A stretch of 64,000 bases of DNA from Eledone cirrhosa. Taxonomy: Eukaryota. Each line of letters opens with the position of its first letter. Position 1 is the first letter of the stretch. Position numbers and translations under genes: made by a program. The DNA lies in NCBI GenBank assembly GCA_964016885.1, contig OZ024760.1, positions 24,862,001 to 24,926,000 on the forward strand, read 5' to 3'. Of this stretch, positions 32,100 to 45,110 are shown in pieces. The notes under the pieces were generated by a model. It ran no database searches. It saw only the letters and a program-made list of their open reading frames with translations, and was not told the DNA's origin.

Positions 32100-32301
32100 C
32101 ACAAATATATATGTGTGATTATGTGTGATTATGTGTGTATGTGTGTGTTTGTGTGTGTATGTGTGCATGTGTCTGTGTGTGTAGTGATTTGGTGTCTTGT
32201 GTCACGTCTTATTATATTCTATAATAGCACTAAATTTGATGTGTAATTTCATATTTAAATACATCGAGTCCTTTTTACACAGCACGAAAATACTTGCATT
32301 G

Positions 32302-32336
<35 letters not shown>

Positions 32337-33044
32337 AGAGAGAGAGAGAGAGAGAGAGATAGATAGACAGGGAGAGTGATAGAGATAAATGAATGCATAT
32401 ATACACACATACACATATATACACAAACACATATACATACAATGCAACACACATTGTGCGGTGCCGACTTCAGGTATAATAGACTTTAATTGGCGAAGCT
32501 GCGTCTATTCAGCTATTTAGTTAGGTTTTTTTTTCATGAAATGTACGCGCATGTTCATGAAGGGTATACTTATACCTTTCGTGTACATCTATATATCCAT
32601 ATTATTTGTGTAGAAGATTTCCAAAGTGTACAAAGATAAAATACAAATTCTGAACAAGTATTGGGTGTAGAGGTGTGGCGGAAATGTGTATAAGGTAAAT
32701 TGCTATGAATAGGTGAAGGAAAAAAACAGCAAAAATTAAAACAGCAGTAACAACCACAACAACAAAAATAATTCTACCCGACTAAAATACGTTTTGCACC
32801 GATATTGTATTTATATTATCGATTTTGCTATGACTTCTAGTATAAATGTGTATGTAAGTATGTATGTACGTATGTTTGTGTGTGTATATCTCGCTAACTA
32901 TCTGTGGAAAATAAAGAATTGTATCTATCATTCTCTCAACTCTCTCCCGCTCTTTATCTCTCTATCAATCTATCTATCTATATATATGTCTATGTATATG
33001 TCTATCTGTCTTTCCATCTATCTATCTGTCTGTCTATCTACCTC

Positions 33045-33095
<51 letters not shown>

Positions 33096-33311
33096 CTGGG
33101 ATGGACACACGCGTATAACTTGCTGAGTAAGTTCTGTTTAAATTTCTATAGAAATTCTTGTCTGATAACTTTAATTTTTGTACCATTTTGTAGAGGGACT
33201 GCCAGGTCAAACTTTGATCTGGTCAGTCTCTCAAAATATTCTACGCCTTTAGGCGAAATAGTTAAACAAAAAAAAAAGTTTTTTCTTGTTGAAAAGTCAA
33301 TATTTTTTTAA

Positions 33312-35090
33312 ATGGCCGAAGCTTCTTCACCAAAATTCGAAGGAGGAAAGGGGAAGATGAACTTACAGCTTCCCCCTGCCACTGTCACAGTAGCAGAGGT
33401 CAAGAAGAAAGGTCAGCCAGAGGAAGAATTCTCTCCACCTGTTAACCGACAACTTGACGTTGCCATGGTAACAACTCAAAGAACCAGCGGCAACAGCAAC
33501 AACAACAATGCGACGGACGAAAACAACACCAATAACAATAACAACAACAAGACCAATAACGGTGACAACAACAACAATGATAACAACAACACCACCAACG
33601 ACAACAACAACACAAACAAACAAAATTTCTCCTTCGCCGAGACGACAAGGAAAACCCTCGACTATCTGCCAGTAGATATAACAAAAGCGAAGGAGCTACT
33701 GGCGGATGCGAAAAAATATATAGTGTACGGGGAAAATGGTTCATTCACAATCCATTCCCCCCCGGAACTAAAAAGCCAGAGACTCCTAAACACGGTCATG
33801 TTTAGGACAATCTCGAACAAAAGTAAAAAACCAGCTCAACCATCACAGAGCGAGATAGAGCTGGTTTTAAAAGACGTCATGAAGGACATCACCTTCATTC
33901 AGAAGGATAGACTCTACGGGAGTCTATCCATTCTCATGAAGGACAGGGACACAGCAGTGAAACTGTCCATCAAACCAATCACATCCACCGCATACACCTT
34001 CTACCCTACGTACATGGGTAGAAGAACACAAAAAATAAAAATCCACACCATCCTGCCGATTATGGACATATGGTGGGTTTTGACAGGTTTTCTGGACCTG
34101 GAGGATGACATGCTGGTGTCCATGGGAAAGGCATCGGGTGACGCGTTCAGTGGAACGAGCCTCGAACTTGTAGTTCAAATGAGGCCCGAAAGGATCGCCC
34201 AGATCCCTGAACGCGTCATACTGGATGATCTAACCTTCATCAACATTACCGTTGAGGGTAGACGGCCCTCGTGTTACCTCTGCGGAACCAGAGGTCACCT
34301 GAGGGCTGTCTGTCCCCAACTTAATAAGAAAACCCCAATCCTGCCTACACCACCAACAGCTGCACAACCAACACAATCACCACAACTACCACTACAAAAA
34401 CAACCACCACAGCTCAAACCAAAACAAAACAATGTCCAACCCATCCCCTCCACTCAAAAAACAAAAACAATTTCCAAAACACCCGTACCGCAAACACAAC
34501 CCGAAAATATACCCCTCCCCTCCAACGCGGAAGATGACCCTAGTTCGTCGTCAGACGAGGAGGAGCACTTCCACACAATCAAAAGAAAAAAAAGAAAACA
34601 CACCTCAGACACACAAATGAAAAAAAACCCTCCCCAAAACATAACACTGACACCAACACAAAAGAGCTCACAACAGCAAACAAAAAACACCACACAAAAA
34701 CAAAAACATGCATACACATACATAAATACAAGAAACAAAAAACTGTTAAACATTGTGTACAACAACAATCTAATAAAAACACAAGGGCCTAACTTCACCC
34801 AGGCAGGGGATTTCCCCCACCTCAAAATGATTAAGGCCCCACAGGACACCTATAAAACTTTAAAAAACAATTTTAAAGAGGACGTGGGTCCCCCCTGCGT
34901 CGGGCCCATTAACCGCGTCCTCCTAAAAAACTATCCCACCCCCTCCCCAAACACCCACACAACTCCAAGCTCCCCAACCACACAACACACTGATGCCCCC
35001 ACACTTCCACAAACCACCACCCCACCCAACAACCCATCCCCCACCCTAATGGAAATTGTGCAGCCCGATACCCGGGACGCAGAGAGGTAA
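33312..35090 (+). CDS. LINE ORF1 (gag-like nucleic-acid-binding protein)
   Basis: 592 aa from ATG, CCHC knuckle CYLCGTRGHLRAVC, basic KRKKRK patch. Lies directly upstream of ORF2. Confidence 0.85.
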   Translation: MAEASSPKFEGGKGKMNLQLPPATVTVAEVKKKGQPEEEFSPPVNRQLDVAMVTTQRTSGNSNNNNATDENNTNNNNNNKTNNGDNNNNDNNNTTNDNNNTNKQNFSFAETTRKTLDYLPVDITKAKELLADAKKYIVYGENGSFTIHSPPELKSQRLLNTVMFRTISNKSKKPAQPSQSEIELVLKDVMKDITFIQKDRLYGSLSILMKDRDTAVKLSIKPITSTAYTFYPTYMGRRTQKIKIHTILPIMDIWWVLTGFLDLEDDMLVSMGKASGDAFSGTSLELVVQMRPERIAQIPERVILDDLTFINITVEGRRPSCYLCGTRGHLRAVCPQLNKKTPILPTPPTAAQPTQSPQLPLQKQPPQLKPKQNNVQPIPSTQKTKTISKTPVPQTQPENIPLPSNAEDDPSSSSDEEEHFHTIKRKKRKHTSDTQMKKNPPQNITLTPTQKSSQQQTKNTTQKQKHAYTYINTRNKKLLNIVYNNNLIKTQGPNFTQAGDFPHLKMIKAPQDTYKTLKNNFKEDVGPPCVGPINRVLLKNYPTPSPNTHTTPSSPTTQHTDAPTLPQTTTPPNNPSPTLMEIVQPDTRDAER

Positions 35091-35114
35091 GTGCCTTTTC
35101 TCTTCACCACCAAC

Positions 35115-38100
35115 ATGGCTATGCTAAGAGTAGGCTGTTTAAACGCGCGTGGCCTGGGCTCAACTTGGAAGCAAGCAATGCTTCTAAATGACCTCAGGTC
35201 ACAACGTATAGATGTGATGGTTATTTGCGAGGCCCGGATCAGCAACGTGCGACAGCTGGCCCCCACCTTTGATGACTTTGAGATGCACGCATCTCTCTGT
35301 CAGCCCGGAGGTGGGGGTGGAGTTGTCGTTCTGCTGCAAAAACATCTGGGTCTCGCAACACAGATGGTACATTTGGACCCGGAGGGTCGACTAGTGGTTC
35401 TGGACCTTGGCAGTGGTAAAGGCGGAGCGTTTAGGTTGGTAGCCGCCTACGGCCCTTTCGGGTCAATGCGGCCGGACTTCTTCCATCGTCTGGAGACTTT
35501 TCTAGGGACGTCCCGCTCCTTGCTATTAGTGGGGGACTGGAATGGTATCCTAGATGCACGCTGGGACTACGTAGGGGCCTGCCCCGATAGAGAGGGGTGT
35601 AATAGCCTCAAAGGGTTAATCGGTCGATTTGACCTGGCCGATAGATATCGACTAGATTTTCCGACTGCGCCAACCTGGACTTGGGCAAATCGTAGCGGAT
35701 CATCTAGGTCGTACCTAGATAGGTTCTTAGTTAGAATTAAGGATAAGGACTTTTTAAGTTGTCCAAAAATGCGCATTGTTGGCTATTCAGACCACAAATT
35801 AGTGACCTGCATGGTCAACCTTGACAGAACTCATAGACAGGGCCCCGGTTACTGGAAGCTCAACTTGTCCTTGCCGGCAAGTAGAGCCTACAGGAATCGG
35901 ATTAGTACGTTAGTTAAGGAACGGTTGACTGGAGCGATCGTCAACAGCAGGTGGTGGGTATCTCTAAAGAGAGAGATTAGAGTAGTCTCGATAGAATTTA
36001 GTAAGGTTCTAGCTGCGGATAGGAATAGGAAGGAAAGGGAGCTAATAGATAGAGTAGAAGAGGCAATTAGAAGCGGCGACGTGGCCAGAGTGCTAGCGTC
36101 GAGAACGGCTTTGAGCCAGTTTTTCGACGCGAAGCACGAAGGCTGCGTTGTCCGAAGTAAAATACGTGCTCTAGGGAACGAGGGGACCAAAGCTGTTAGC
36201 TGGGCCCGCGTGACAGAGGCCAACAGTGGAACTAAATCCACCATCCGGTCTTTGCGAGACCTGGATGGACGGGCGATTCTTGAGCCTAAGCAGATGTGTG
36301 AGGCCTTTCAAAGGCACTTTGCCCGACTGTTCGGGAGGGGCGGGGAGCCGGTTGGGAACGTGGACTTCGGTCCATACCTCGACGGCCTGCCGCGCCTCTC
36401 GGACAGGGAGGCGAAGTCCTGCGAAGAGCCGATTTCGGCCGCTGAGATAGAGGACGTGCTGAGCCAATGCGGCAAACGCAAATCCCCGGGTCTCGATGGT
36501 CTTCCTTACGAATTATATCTAGCTATGCCGGACTTGTTCCCCGATCTCCTCGAGGCGGTCTACTGCAACTGGCAACAGAACGGGAGAATTCCCTGTACTG
36601 TGACCAAGGGCGTAGTCACGCTAGTGAGGAAGGACGAGAACAAGGGGGACGAAATAAGTAACTTCAGGCCCATAACACTGCTAAATACAGAGTTACAGAT
36701 TTTGGCCAAGGTGCTAGCAAAGAGGTTGGCGCTTGTCGTGGGCAACCTGGTGGGAGATGCGCAGACATGCGCTATCCCGTCCAGGTCCATCCATGACAAC
36801 CTCCACCTCATGCGATACATCATAGAGAGGGTTGGGAACGAACCCGGCTTTGGTGGGGCTCTGATCAACTTGGATCAATCTAAGGCGTTCGATAGGGTCG
36901 ACCATGGTTACCTGGATGCGGTGCTAGCGGCGGCAGGCTTCGGACCCGTTTTCAGGGGCTGGATCACTGCTATGCACAGCAGCCGCATCTGCTCTAGGGT
37001 CAAGGTGAACGGCTACCTCTCGGAGCCGTTCAAAATCGCGCGGTCCATCCGACAAGGGTGCCCTCTCTCCTCCCTTCTGTATGTGTTGACTCTCGAGCCA
37101 CTACTGCGGAAGTTGGAGTTGTTGCAGGGCATCCCTTTGGAACCGGGATTGCGGAAAGCGGTGTCGGCCTACGCCGATGACGTGACAGTAATGGTGTCGA
37201 CGGCCTCCGAAATCGAGGCGGTCGGCACCTTACTGGAGGAGTACGAAAAGTTCACAGGGGCTAAGCTGAACCGGGACAAGTCGATCGGTTTGCAACTCGG
37301 CACGTGGAGGGGCAGACCGATGCCCTCCGATAGCGTCGTCGGACGCTGGACGGAGGGCCCGGTGAAGTTGCTCGGGGTCTGGTTCGGACCGGACCTCCAG
37401 GTGGAGAAAAACTGGGCGGAGGTTACGAACAGGGTGTTTGCACTGACCCAGAAGTGGGCCAGTTGCAAACTATCCCTGAAAGGCCGGGCGGAGGTGGCGA
37501 ACACCTACATAGCGTCCGTCATCTACTACCGCCTGACCGTAGTGCCCTGCCCAAGGGAAACCCTCACCAAGATGGAGCGCGCGCTCTTCCAATTCCTTTG
37601 GAAGAGGCGGGCTCCTATGGTGAGGAGATCCATCTGCTGTCAACACCCTTCGAAAGGAGGGCTGGGGATGCCGTGGCTAATGATGCGTAAACACGCATTA
37701 AGGCTACGGCACCTCTACGTATTCCTCACCGGACAACCGGTGTGGGCCTCGTTTGTGAGACGAACCTTTCCCAGACTCGTCTCACTCACCGAGCTGCAAT
37801 CCTGGGTCAAGCAAAGACCGAGAAAACTGGGCGCCTGGCACACTGAGTGTGCCCAGGCGCTCACCGCCCTCTGGCAGGCGGATCCGGTTATCAGTGGAGA
37901 CTCCACCGCAACATTCTATAGAGGGCTAGTACGCAGCAGGTGCGACGACGCCCTCGGAGAAGCCCTAGACATGGAGGAGGACGAACTGGCCAGCCTGTTC
38001 GGTAGGACATTCAGCCCGGGACCTATGGACAACTTCCAGAAGTCCCTGGCCTGGCAGTGCTACCGAGGGGCTTTACCCGTTCGAGAAAGGCTCTACAGAC

Positions 38101-38552
38101 ACGGGCGCCCGGGTAGGGACCCCGCCAAAAAGATCTGTCCCAGATGCGTGTGCGACGAGGAAACCGTTGCACACGCATTAGTACACTGCTCGGGCGTAGC
38201 CGATCTGTGGGGCTATGTCGAACAACTGCTGTCAAGGGTGGGACCGATCCGGTTGACCACCGAGTCTATTGTAATGATCAAGCCGCCTCCCCCCTTCAAA
38301 GATGAAGCAGAGGCGGTGTTTCTGTGCGTAATAGCCATGGCGAAAGAGGTTGTATGGTGGACGCGTCTGAAAGGACTGAGGTCGGGCACCTTTCTCTCTG
38401 GCCAACAACTGGTCCGTTTCTTCCGATATCATTTCGGAAGAAGGATCAGGATGGAGAGAGAGGTGCTGCACCCCAGCCGTTTCTATGAAAGATGGGTGAA
38501 AGTGGCGAGAATGGCCCGTGTGAATGGGCCTTCACTCTACATCAGACTATAG
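35115..38552 (+). CDS. LINE ORF2: APE endonuclease + reverse transcriptase + C-terminal zinc finger
   Basis: APE motifs LNARGL, GDWN, SYLDRFL, SDH; RT motifs KSPGLDGL, FRPITLLN, DQSKAFDRV, RQGCPLS, YADD; CPRC...HALVHC. The ORF track starts at GTG 35091; the first ATG is 35115. Confidence 0.95.
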   Translation: MAMLRVGCLNARGLGSTWKQAMLLNDLRSQRIDVMVICEARISNVRQLAPTFDDFEMHASLCQPGGGGGVVVLLQKHLGLATQMVHLDPEGRLVVLDLGSGKGGAFRLVAAYGPFGSMRPDFFHRLETFLGTSRSLLLVGDWNGILDARWDYVGACPDREGCNSLKGLIGRFDLADRYRLDFPTAPTWTWANRSGSSRSYLDRFLVRIKDKDFLSCPKMRIVGYSDHKLVTCMVNLDRTHRQGPGYWKLNLSLPASRAYRNRISTLVKERLTGAIVNSRWWVSLKREIRVVSIEFSKVLAADRNRKERELIDRVEEAIRSGDVARVLASRTALSQFFDAKHEGCVVRSKIRALGNEGTKAVSWARVTEANSGTKSTIRSLRDLDGRAILEPKQMCEAFQRHFARLFGRGGEPVGNVDFGPYLDGLPRLSDREAKSCEEPISAAEIEDVLSQCGKRKSPGLDGLPYELYLAMPDLFPDLLEAVYCNWQQNGRIPCTVTKGVVTLVRKDENKGDEISNFRPITLLNTELQILAKVLAKRLALVVGNLVGDAQTCAIPSRSIHDNLHLMRYIIERVGNEPGFGGALINLDQSKAFDRVDHGYLDAVLAAAGFGPVFRGWITAMHSSRICSRVKVNGYLSEPFKIARSIRQGCPLSSLLYVLTLEPLLRKLELLQGIPLEPGLRKAVSAYADDVTVMVSTASEIEAVGTLLEEYEKFTGAKLNRDKSIGLQLGTWRGRPMPSDSVVGRWTEGPVKLLGVWFGPDLQVEKNWAEVTNRVFALTQKWASCKLSLKGRAEVANTYIASVIYYRLTVVPCPRETLTKMERALFQFLWKRRAPMVRRSICCQHPSKGGLGMPWLMMRKHALRLRHLYVFLTGQPVWASFVRRTFPRLVSLTELQSWVKQRPRKLGAWHTECAQALTALWQADPVISGDSTATFYRGLVRSRCDDALGEALDMEEDELASLFGRTFSPGPMDNFQKSLAWQCYRGALPVRERLYRHGRPGRDPAKKICPRCVCDEETVAHALVHCSGVADLWGYVEQLLSRVGPIRLTTESIVMIKPPPPFKDEAEAVFLCVIAMAKEVVWWTRLKGLRSGTFLSGQQLVRFFRYHFGRRIRMEREVLHPSRFYERWVKVARMARVNGPSLYIRL

Positions 38553-38816
38553 GTGAGGAAGATGAAAGACCAAGGGAGCACCCCTTCTCTGTGCTCCTGA
38601 GGAGAAGGGTTGCACACTTTTTTCGGGGGTGTGTGCGACCCCCCAAGGCGCCTCCTCTCTATTGAGGATTTTGTTAAAAATTTTATTTTTTGTTATATCT
38701 TATTTTATTTTTATATTTTGTTATTGCCTCCTCCTTATTGAGGACGCCTTTTTGTGTAAACTCCCCCCTTTGTACTTGTCCCACTTTTGATGCCCTAGTG
38801 GCAAATAAAAGAAATA

Positions 38817-38867
<51 letters not shown>

Positions 38868-39130
38868 ATCTATCTATGTATCTATGTATCTATCTACCTA
38901 TTTATCTCTCCCCATGTATCTATCTACCAATCTATCTCCCTCACTCTCTATCTATCTATCCATGTATCTATCTATCTATCCATCTATCTCCCTGTCTAAC
39001 CATCTCTCTCTATATATATATCTAACTATTATCTACCTATCTATCTATCTCTCTCTCTATCTATCTATTTATCTATCTATCTATTTATGGATCCATCTGT
39101 CTAAATATCTATTTCTCCATCTATCTATCC

Positions 39131-39201
<71 letters not shown>

Positions 39202-39555
39202 GAGGTGCTGCATCACAGCCGTTTTTATGAAAGATGGGTGAAAGTGGCGAGAATGACCCGTGCGAATGGGCCTTCACTCTACATCAGACTATAGGTGAGG
39301 AAGATGAAAGATCAAGGGAGCACCACCTCTCTGTGTTCCTGAGGAGAAGGGTTGCACACTTTGTTTCGGGGGTGTGTGCGACCCCCCAAGGCGCCTCCTC
39401 TCTATTGACGATTTTGTTATAAATTTTATTCTGTTATATTTTATTATATTTTTATATTTTGTTATTGCCTCCTCCTTATTGAGAACGCCTTGTTTTGTAA
39501 ACTCCTCCCATTGTACTTGTCCCACTTTTGATGCCCTGGTGGCAAATAAAAGAAA
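39202..39555 (+). mobile_element. 5'-truncated copy of the same Tx1-type LINE, also in (TATC)n
   Basis: Homologous to 38460-38814 with substitutions; (TATC)n on both flanks. Confidence 0.92.
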
Positions 39556-39557
39556 CA

Positions 39558-39642
<85 letters not shown>

Positions 39643-39907
39643 ATCGCAGATAGTTAGATAGAAAGAAGTTGAACAAAAGACAGAATCGCTTCCATAATTG
39701 CCGAATGATGGTACTACAATCAGTGACAATTGTATTCATTATAGCAAGAACTAACTCTTGGAGAAAATACAGTTCTTCGTTCTTTATTTTACGTCACATA
39801 ATCGTTCGATGTCTGATATTTTCACAAAGATACGCACGTTGAGAACACAAGGGTAAACGCACTCACACACAGACACACACACTCGCACATATATATATAT
39901 ATATTTA

Positions 39908-39938
<31 letters not shown>

Positions 39939-40040
39939 CTGTGTGTGTATATATACACCATTTCATAGTACAAAAACACGGAAGCAAACATAGTCATGTA
40001 TATTCAGATATATAGCACAAAGAACACAGTCTAACACACG

Positions 40041-40106
<66 letters not shown>

Positions 40107-40110
<4 letters not shown>

Positions 40111-40317
40111 AACGTGTAGGGACCCCGACGGGTGAGCTCAAGCCGTTTCGACGGCTAATTCTGGACTCCAGAATTCTGCGTCCAGAATTAGCCGTCGAAA
40201 CGGCTTGAGCTCAGCCGTCGGGGTCCTACTCGTTCCTATTACCCACTCTACTACCCTAAGTATTGAGTACTTTGGTGCGTTATGGTCCACCTGGTTCCTT
40301 ACCACATTTAATTCGTT
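40107..40317 (+). mobile_element. Family C PLE-like terminus folded back at HHR stem II (copies at 42917-43008, 53149-53330, 59471-59653 and 61526-61662)
   Basis: Retains GAAA-CGGCU(UGAGCUC)AGCC-GUC-GGGG, the HHR 3' half. An inverted arm lies where the CUGANGA half would be. All copies are in (TA)n. Confidence 0.7.
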
Positions 40318-40365
40318 ATATATATATTTATATATATACATATATATATATACATATATATATAA

Positions 40366-40454
<89 letters not shown>

Positions 40455-40562
40455 TATATATATATAAATATATATATATATAAATATATATATATAAATA
40501 TATATATATATAAATATATATATATATAAATATATATATATATAAATATATATATATACATT

Positions 40563-40594
<32 letters not shown>

Positions 40595-40609
40595 CATTTA
40601 TATATATAC

Positions 40610-40736
<127 letters not shown>

Positions 40737-40775
40737 AATATATATATACATATATATAAATATATATAAATATAC

Positions 40776-40894
<119 letters not shown>

Positions 40895-41263
40895 AATATC
40901 AGTTAAGATCTGTATCTGAAAGACGGTCGCATGATAGAATTCTCTTACTGGTAGTCACGACTAGAAATGTCCACCATGGCAACCCTCCATTGACCTACCC
41001 AGAAATAATGGACATTTAGTGCTGGAAATGAAATATTTCATACTTCAGAAAACCTGAATTTTATTGGTCAGTAGTTCATCTGATATTCTGCCTCATATAA
41101 TTCCATTACTCTGAAGACATTGTGTCAATTCTTAATGCTTTCTTTTCTTTGATTTTCTTTAGTAGTTAGATATATTGAAACTGGATATTGAAAGGGTTAA
41201 AGAAAGGAATATAAGTATGCATGTATATACATGTATTTGTGTGATGTTTGTATATATATATAC

Positions 41264-41336
<73 letters not shown>

Positions 41337-41774
41337 AACATCGCACAAACGTGTGTATATACATGCATACTTATATTCCTTTCTTTAACCCTTTCAATAT
41401 CTCTTCTTAACTTCCCATTGCAATACCATCCTTGTTTGTTTACATGTCTCGCTCGTTTCACCCTATATTACTTGTCCCAATAACTTTATCTAGTTATTGC
41501 TCGCACCAACTAGAGGTATATGATTTTTAAAGCGATGAAATAACAATGAAAGTTGGCAGATCATTGATGAAGGACTAATTTTATTTATATGTAACGCATG
41601 TGCGACCATGGAGCTCTCCATTTTTCTCATATTTATATATATATATATATACATATAGACACACACATACACTTAAAACTTAATAAAATATATATGTATA
41701 AAAACACACACCCAGACATATATATACAACTTTAATAAAATATTATATGTATATATATATATATACATATAATA

Positions 41775-42209
41775 TGTTATTTGCTGTAGTGGAGTCTGTG
41801 CTGCTATACGGGTCTGAGACTTGGACACTGACCAAGAAACTCACTCAGATGGTGGATGGGTGCTACATGGGAATGCTGAGGATGGCTCTGAACATTAATC
41901 AGTATACACTGAGGATGAAAAACTCAGAGCTGTATGGGAGCCTCCAAAAAGTCAGCTCAAATGTGACACAGAGGAGACTGAGGTTAGCTGGACATGCTCA
42001 CCGACATCCAGAGTTGACAGTGCATTCAGTGCTCCTGTGGGAGCCCCTAAAATGACACACCAGAAGAGGGAAACCGGGGTTGACATATATTGATGTCCTA
42101 AGGACGGACACTGGTCTTTTGGAGACGCAGGACATGGCAGCGATGATGAAGGACAGAGACCGCTGGAGAGAACTCGTCCATGGATCTCGGGAATTTTACC
42201 CGCCCTAGA
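41775..42209 (+). mobile_element. RTE-clade LINE 3' fragment
   Basis: Encodes ESVLLYGSETWTLTK...RRLRLAGH...LLWEP...RGKP..TY and ends in (TA)n. Confidence 0.85.
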
Positions 42210-43005
42210 TATATATATATATATGGATGTGTATATACCTAAACATACACTTTTTGGGACCTATACGGATGTATACGGATGTGTATATACCATAACATAT
42301 AATATTTGGAGATACGGATGTTGACCCAATGTTTCCATTGTACGTCGTCAAATTGAGATTTGACCAATATAACATTTGTTGTTTTTTAAACTAACTTTCG
42401 CTGAATACTATATTGGTATATTTTTTCTTTAACCTCGCTTCGGTGTGTGTGAGTGTGTGTGTACTCACTCACACTAACTGTGACCGTCTATAGTTCTACA
42501 GATTTGTTGCTATGTTGGTATATGTATATATATATTTTTTCTTTGACCTCGCGTCGTGTGTTTGAGAGTGTGTGTGTATCCACTCACATTAACTGTGACC
42601 GACTGTAATTCTACATATTTGATTGATGTCCAGCGTCTTTTACAGCTATTGGGAGATAGAAACTTGATAATTTTATGACCCTAACTGAGGACGATAGCAG
42701 TTGCTGTGTTTTGACTGCGTGAGAGAACACCGTTAATTTTATCCCTCATATCAAGGATTTGAAGACAATTCATTTTCACCTGACGAGATCAGTGATAATC
42801 GATCATGGCTACACGATCGATCTATCTCTTATTGAAACATGTCTCGGGATTAAAATGATTGGAAATTTATACCATGGCTTCGGATCTTTATTTTGATATA
42901 TATATATATATATATATAGAAACGAGTAGGACCCACTCTACTACCCTAAGTATTGAGTACTTTGGTGCGTTATGGTCCACCTGGTTCCTTACAACATTTA
43001 CTTCG

Positions 43006-43083
<78 letters not shown>

Positions 43084-43194
43084 TCAATTAGATCCCTAGA
43101 AATGTATGTACAAGTTGAAAACATCTTATGTATATACATTTATAAATCTGTCTGTATTTGCACATGCATATGCACACATATACACGCACTCCCA

Positions 43195-43294
<100 letters not shown>

Positions 43295-43367
43295 TGGGAA
43301 TCAGTAAAATCGAATCTCTGGCGGTTTGCAAGTAATTCGGCCTACTTATATACAAGTATATATATAT

Positions 43368-44215
43368 AAATGAAAAGTATAGAATTTATTGTAGCAAGGG
43401 GCCAACAGTATTCCATAATATATAAGTTACTATAGCGTCAAAATGTGGGAAAAATAATTCAAACTCAATTCAAAAAGAATCAGGATATAGATTCATCCAA
43501 CAGAATTTAGTGAAATCCAGGAAAAAATCAATAGAGCCTTAACTCAAGATAAAATAAAGTTTAAAATACTCATCCCTCGATTTGGAAAAACTACAACTCC
43601 TCTTTATAGTCTTGAAAATACTATTTCACGAAAACCTTCAGTGGGGATGGGCACGGTTGGAATTCGATCCTCAGCAGAGCTCACCACGAGAGCCAAAATC
43701 TCACTGATTATAATATGCCAAAAAGGTAATTTAAAAGCAGGCTAGTTCAACCTCATGCGTGATTATGAAAATAAAACGCACATGAGGCAACAGGGCTGGT
43801 AACGTCAGAATGAGACGAATGTTTGTTTACATGAAACAACAATCAAAATCATTCCGAAAAAACTCTACCATAAGGAGTTCAGAAAAAAGCAATATTATCG
43901 CGGTTATTTTTTTAAAAAAGACCGGGATTAGTCACAAATAATTTAAGCACTCTAGGAAAGAAATCCGAGTATAAATATAAATGAAAAGTATAGAAATTAT
44001 TGTAGCAAGAAGCCAACAGTATTCCATAACATATAAGTGAATATAGCATCAACATGGGAAAATAGTAACGTAAGATGTGGGAAAAATAATTCAAACTCAA
44101 TTCAAAAAGAATCAGGATATAGATTCATCAAACAGAATTTAGTGAAATCCAAGGAAAAAATCAATAGAGCCTTTACTCAAGATAAAATAAAGTTTAAAAT
44201 AATCATCCTTCAATT
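43368..44215 (-). mobile_element. Partial tandem of a ~611-bp ORF-less unit with a degenerate HHR-like motif
   Basis: 43368-43575 is repeated at 43979-44215. Minus-strand CUGAGGA-uCGAA..UUCGu-GAAA at 43624-43674, but stem I pairs poorly. Confidence 0.5.
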
Positions 44216-44218
44216 CAC

Positions 44219-44304
<86 letters not shown>

Positions 44305-44323
44305 GCATATATATATATACATG

Positions 44324-44415
<92 letters not shown>

Positions 44416-44474
44416 CACATATATATATATATGTATATACATATATATATGTATGCATGTGTATGTATATATAT

Positions 44475-44565
<91 letters not shown>

Positions 44566-44697
44566 CATATATATATATATACATATAAATATATATATAT
44601 ATATGTATACATGTGTATATATATATATACATATATACATATATATATATATATGTATACATCTATACATATATATCTATATATATATATATGAAGT

Positions 44698-44907
44698 GAA
44701 GGCGTGTGGCTGAGTGTTTAGAGAATTGGATTCGCAATCGTAAGGTTGTGAGTTCGATTCCTGGACCAGGCGATACGTTATATCCTTGAGCAAGACACTT
44801 TATTTCACGTTGCTCCTTCTACCTGGAGTTGCGACCGATATATATTATTAGCAATTGGAAAGACTAACGGAAACATTGTGTCCGATTTGACGAAAGTCGA
44901 TCGTTCC
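44698..44907 (+). mobile_element. tRNA-derived CORE-type SINE
   Basis: Homologous to 7143 and 26888. Confidence 0.8.
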
Positions 44908-44968
44908 AAAAATATATATATATATTTATATGTATGTATATATATATATGTTATATATATATATAAAT

Positions 44969-45012
<44 letters not shown>

Positions 45013-45027
45013 ATGTATATATGTATA

Positions 45028-45058
<31 letters not shown>

Positions 45059-45071
45059 GTGTGTGTATGTA

Positions 45072-45110
<39 letters not shown>

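Larger units (their letters stand above)
33096..38814 (+). mobile_element. Full-length L1/Tx1-type non-LTR retrotransposon inserted in (TATC)n
   Basis: 5'UTR, ORF1 with a zinc knuckle, ORF2 APE-RT-CCHC, 3'UTR ending AATAAAAGAAA. (TATC)n on both sides. Confidence 0.92.

Noticed and set aside
42775-42850. CTGACGA...GAAACATGTC motif
   Set aside because: Stem I pairing is unconvincing. At best a decayed HHR, so it is not listed as a feature.
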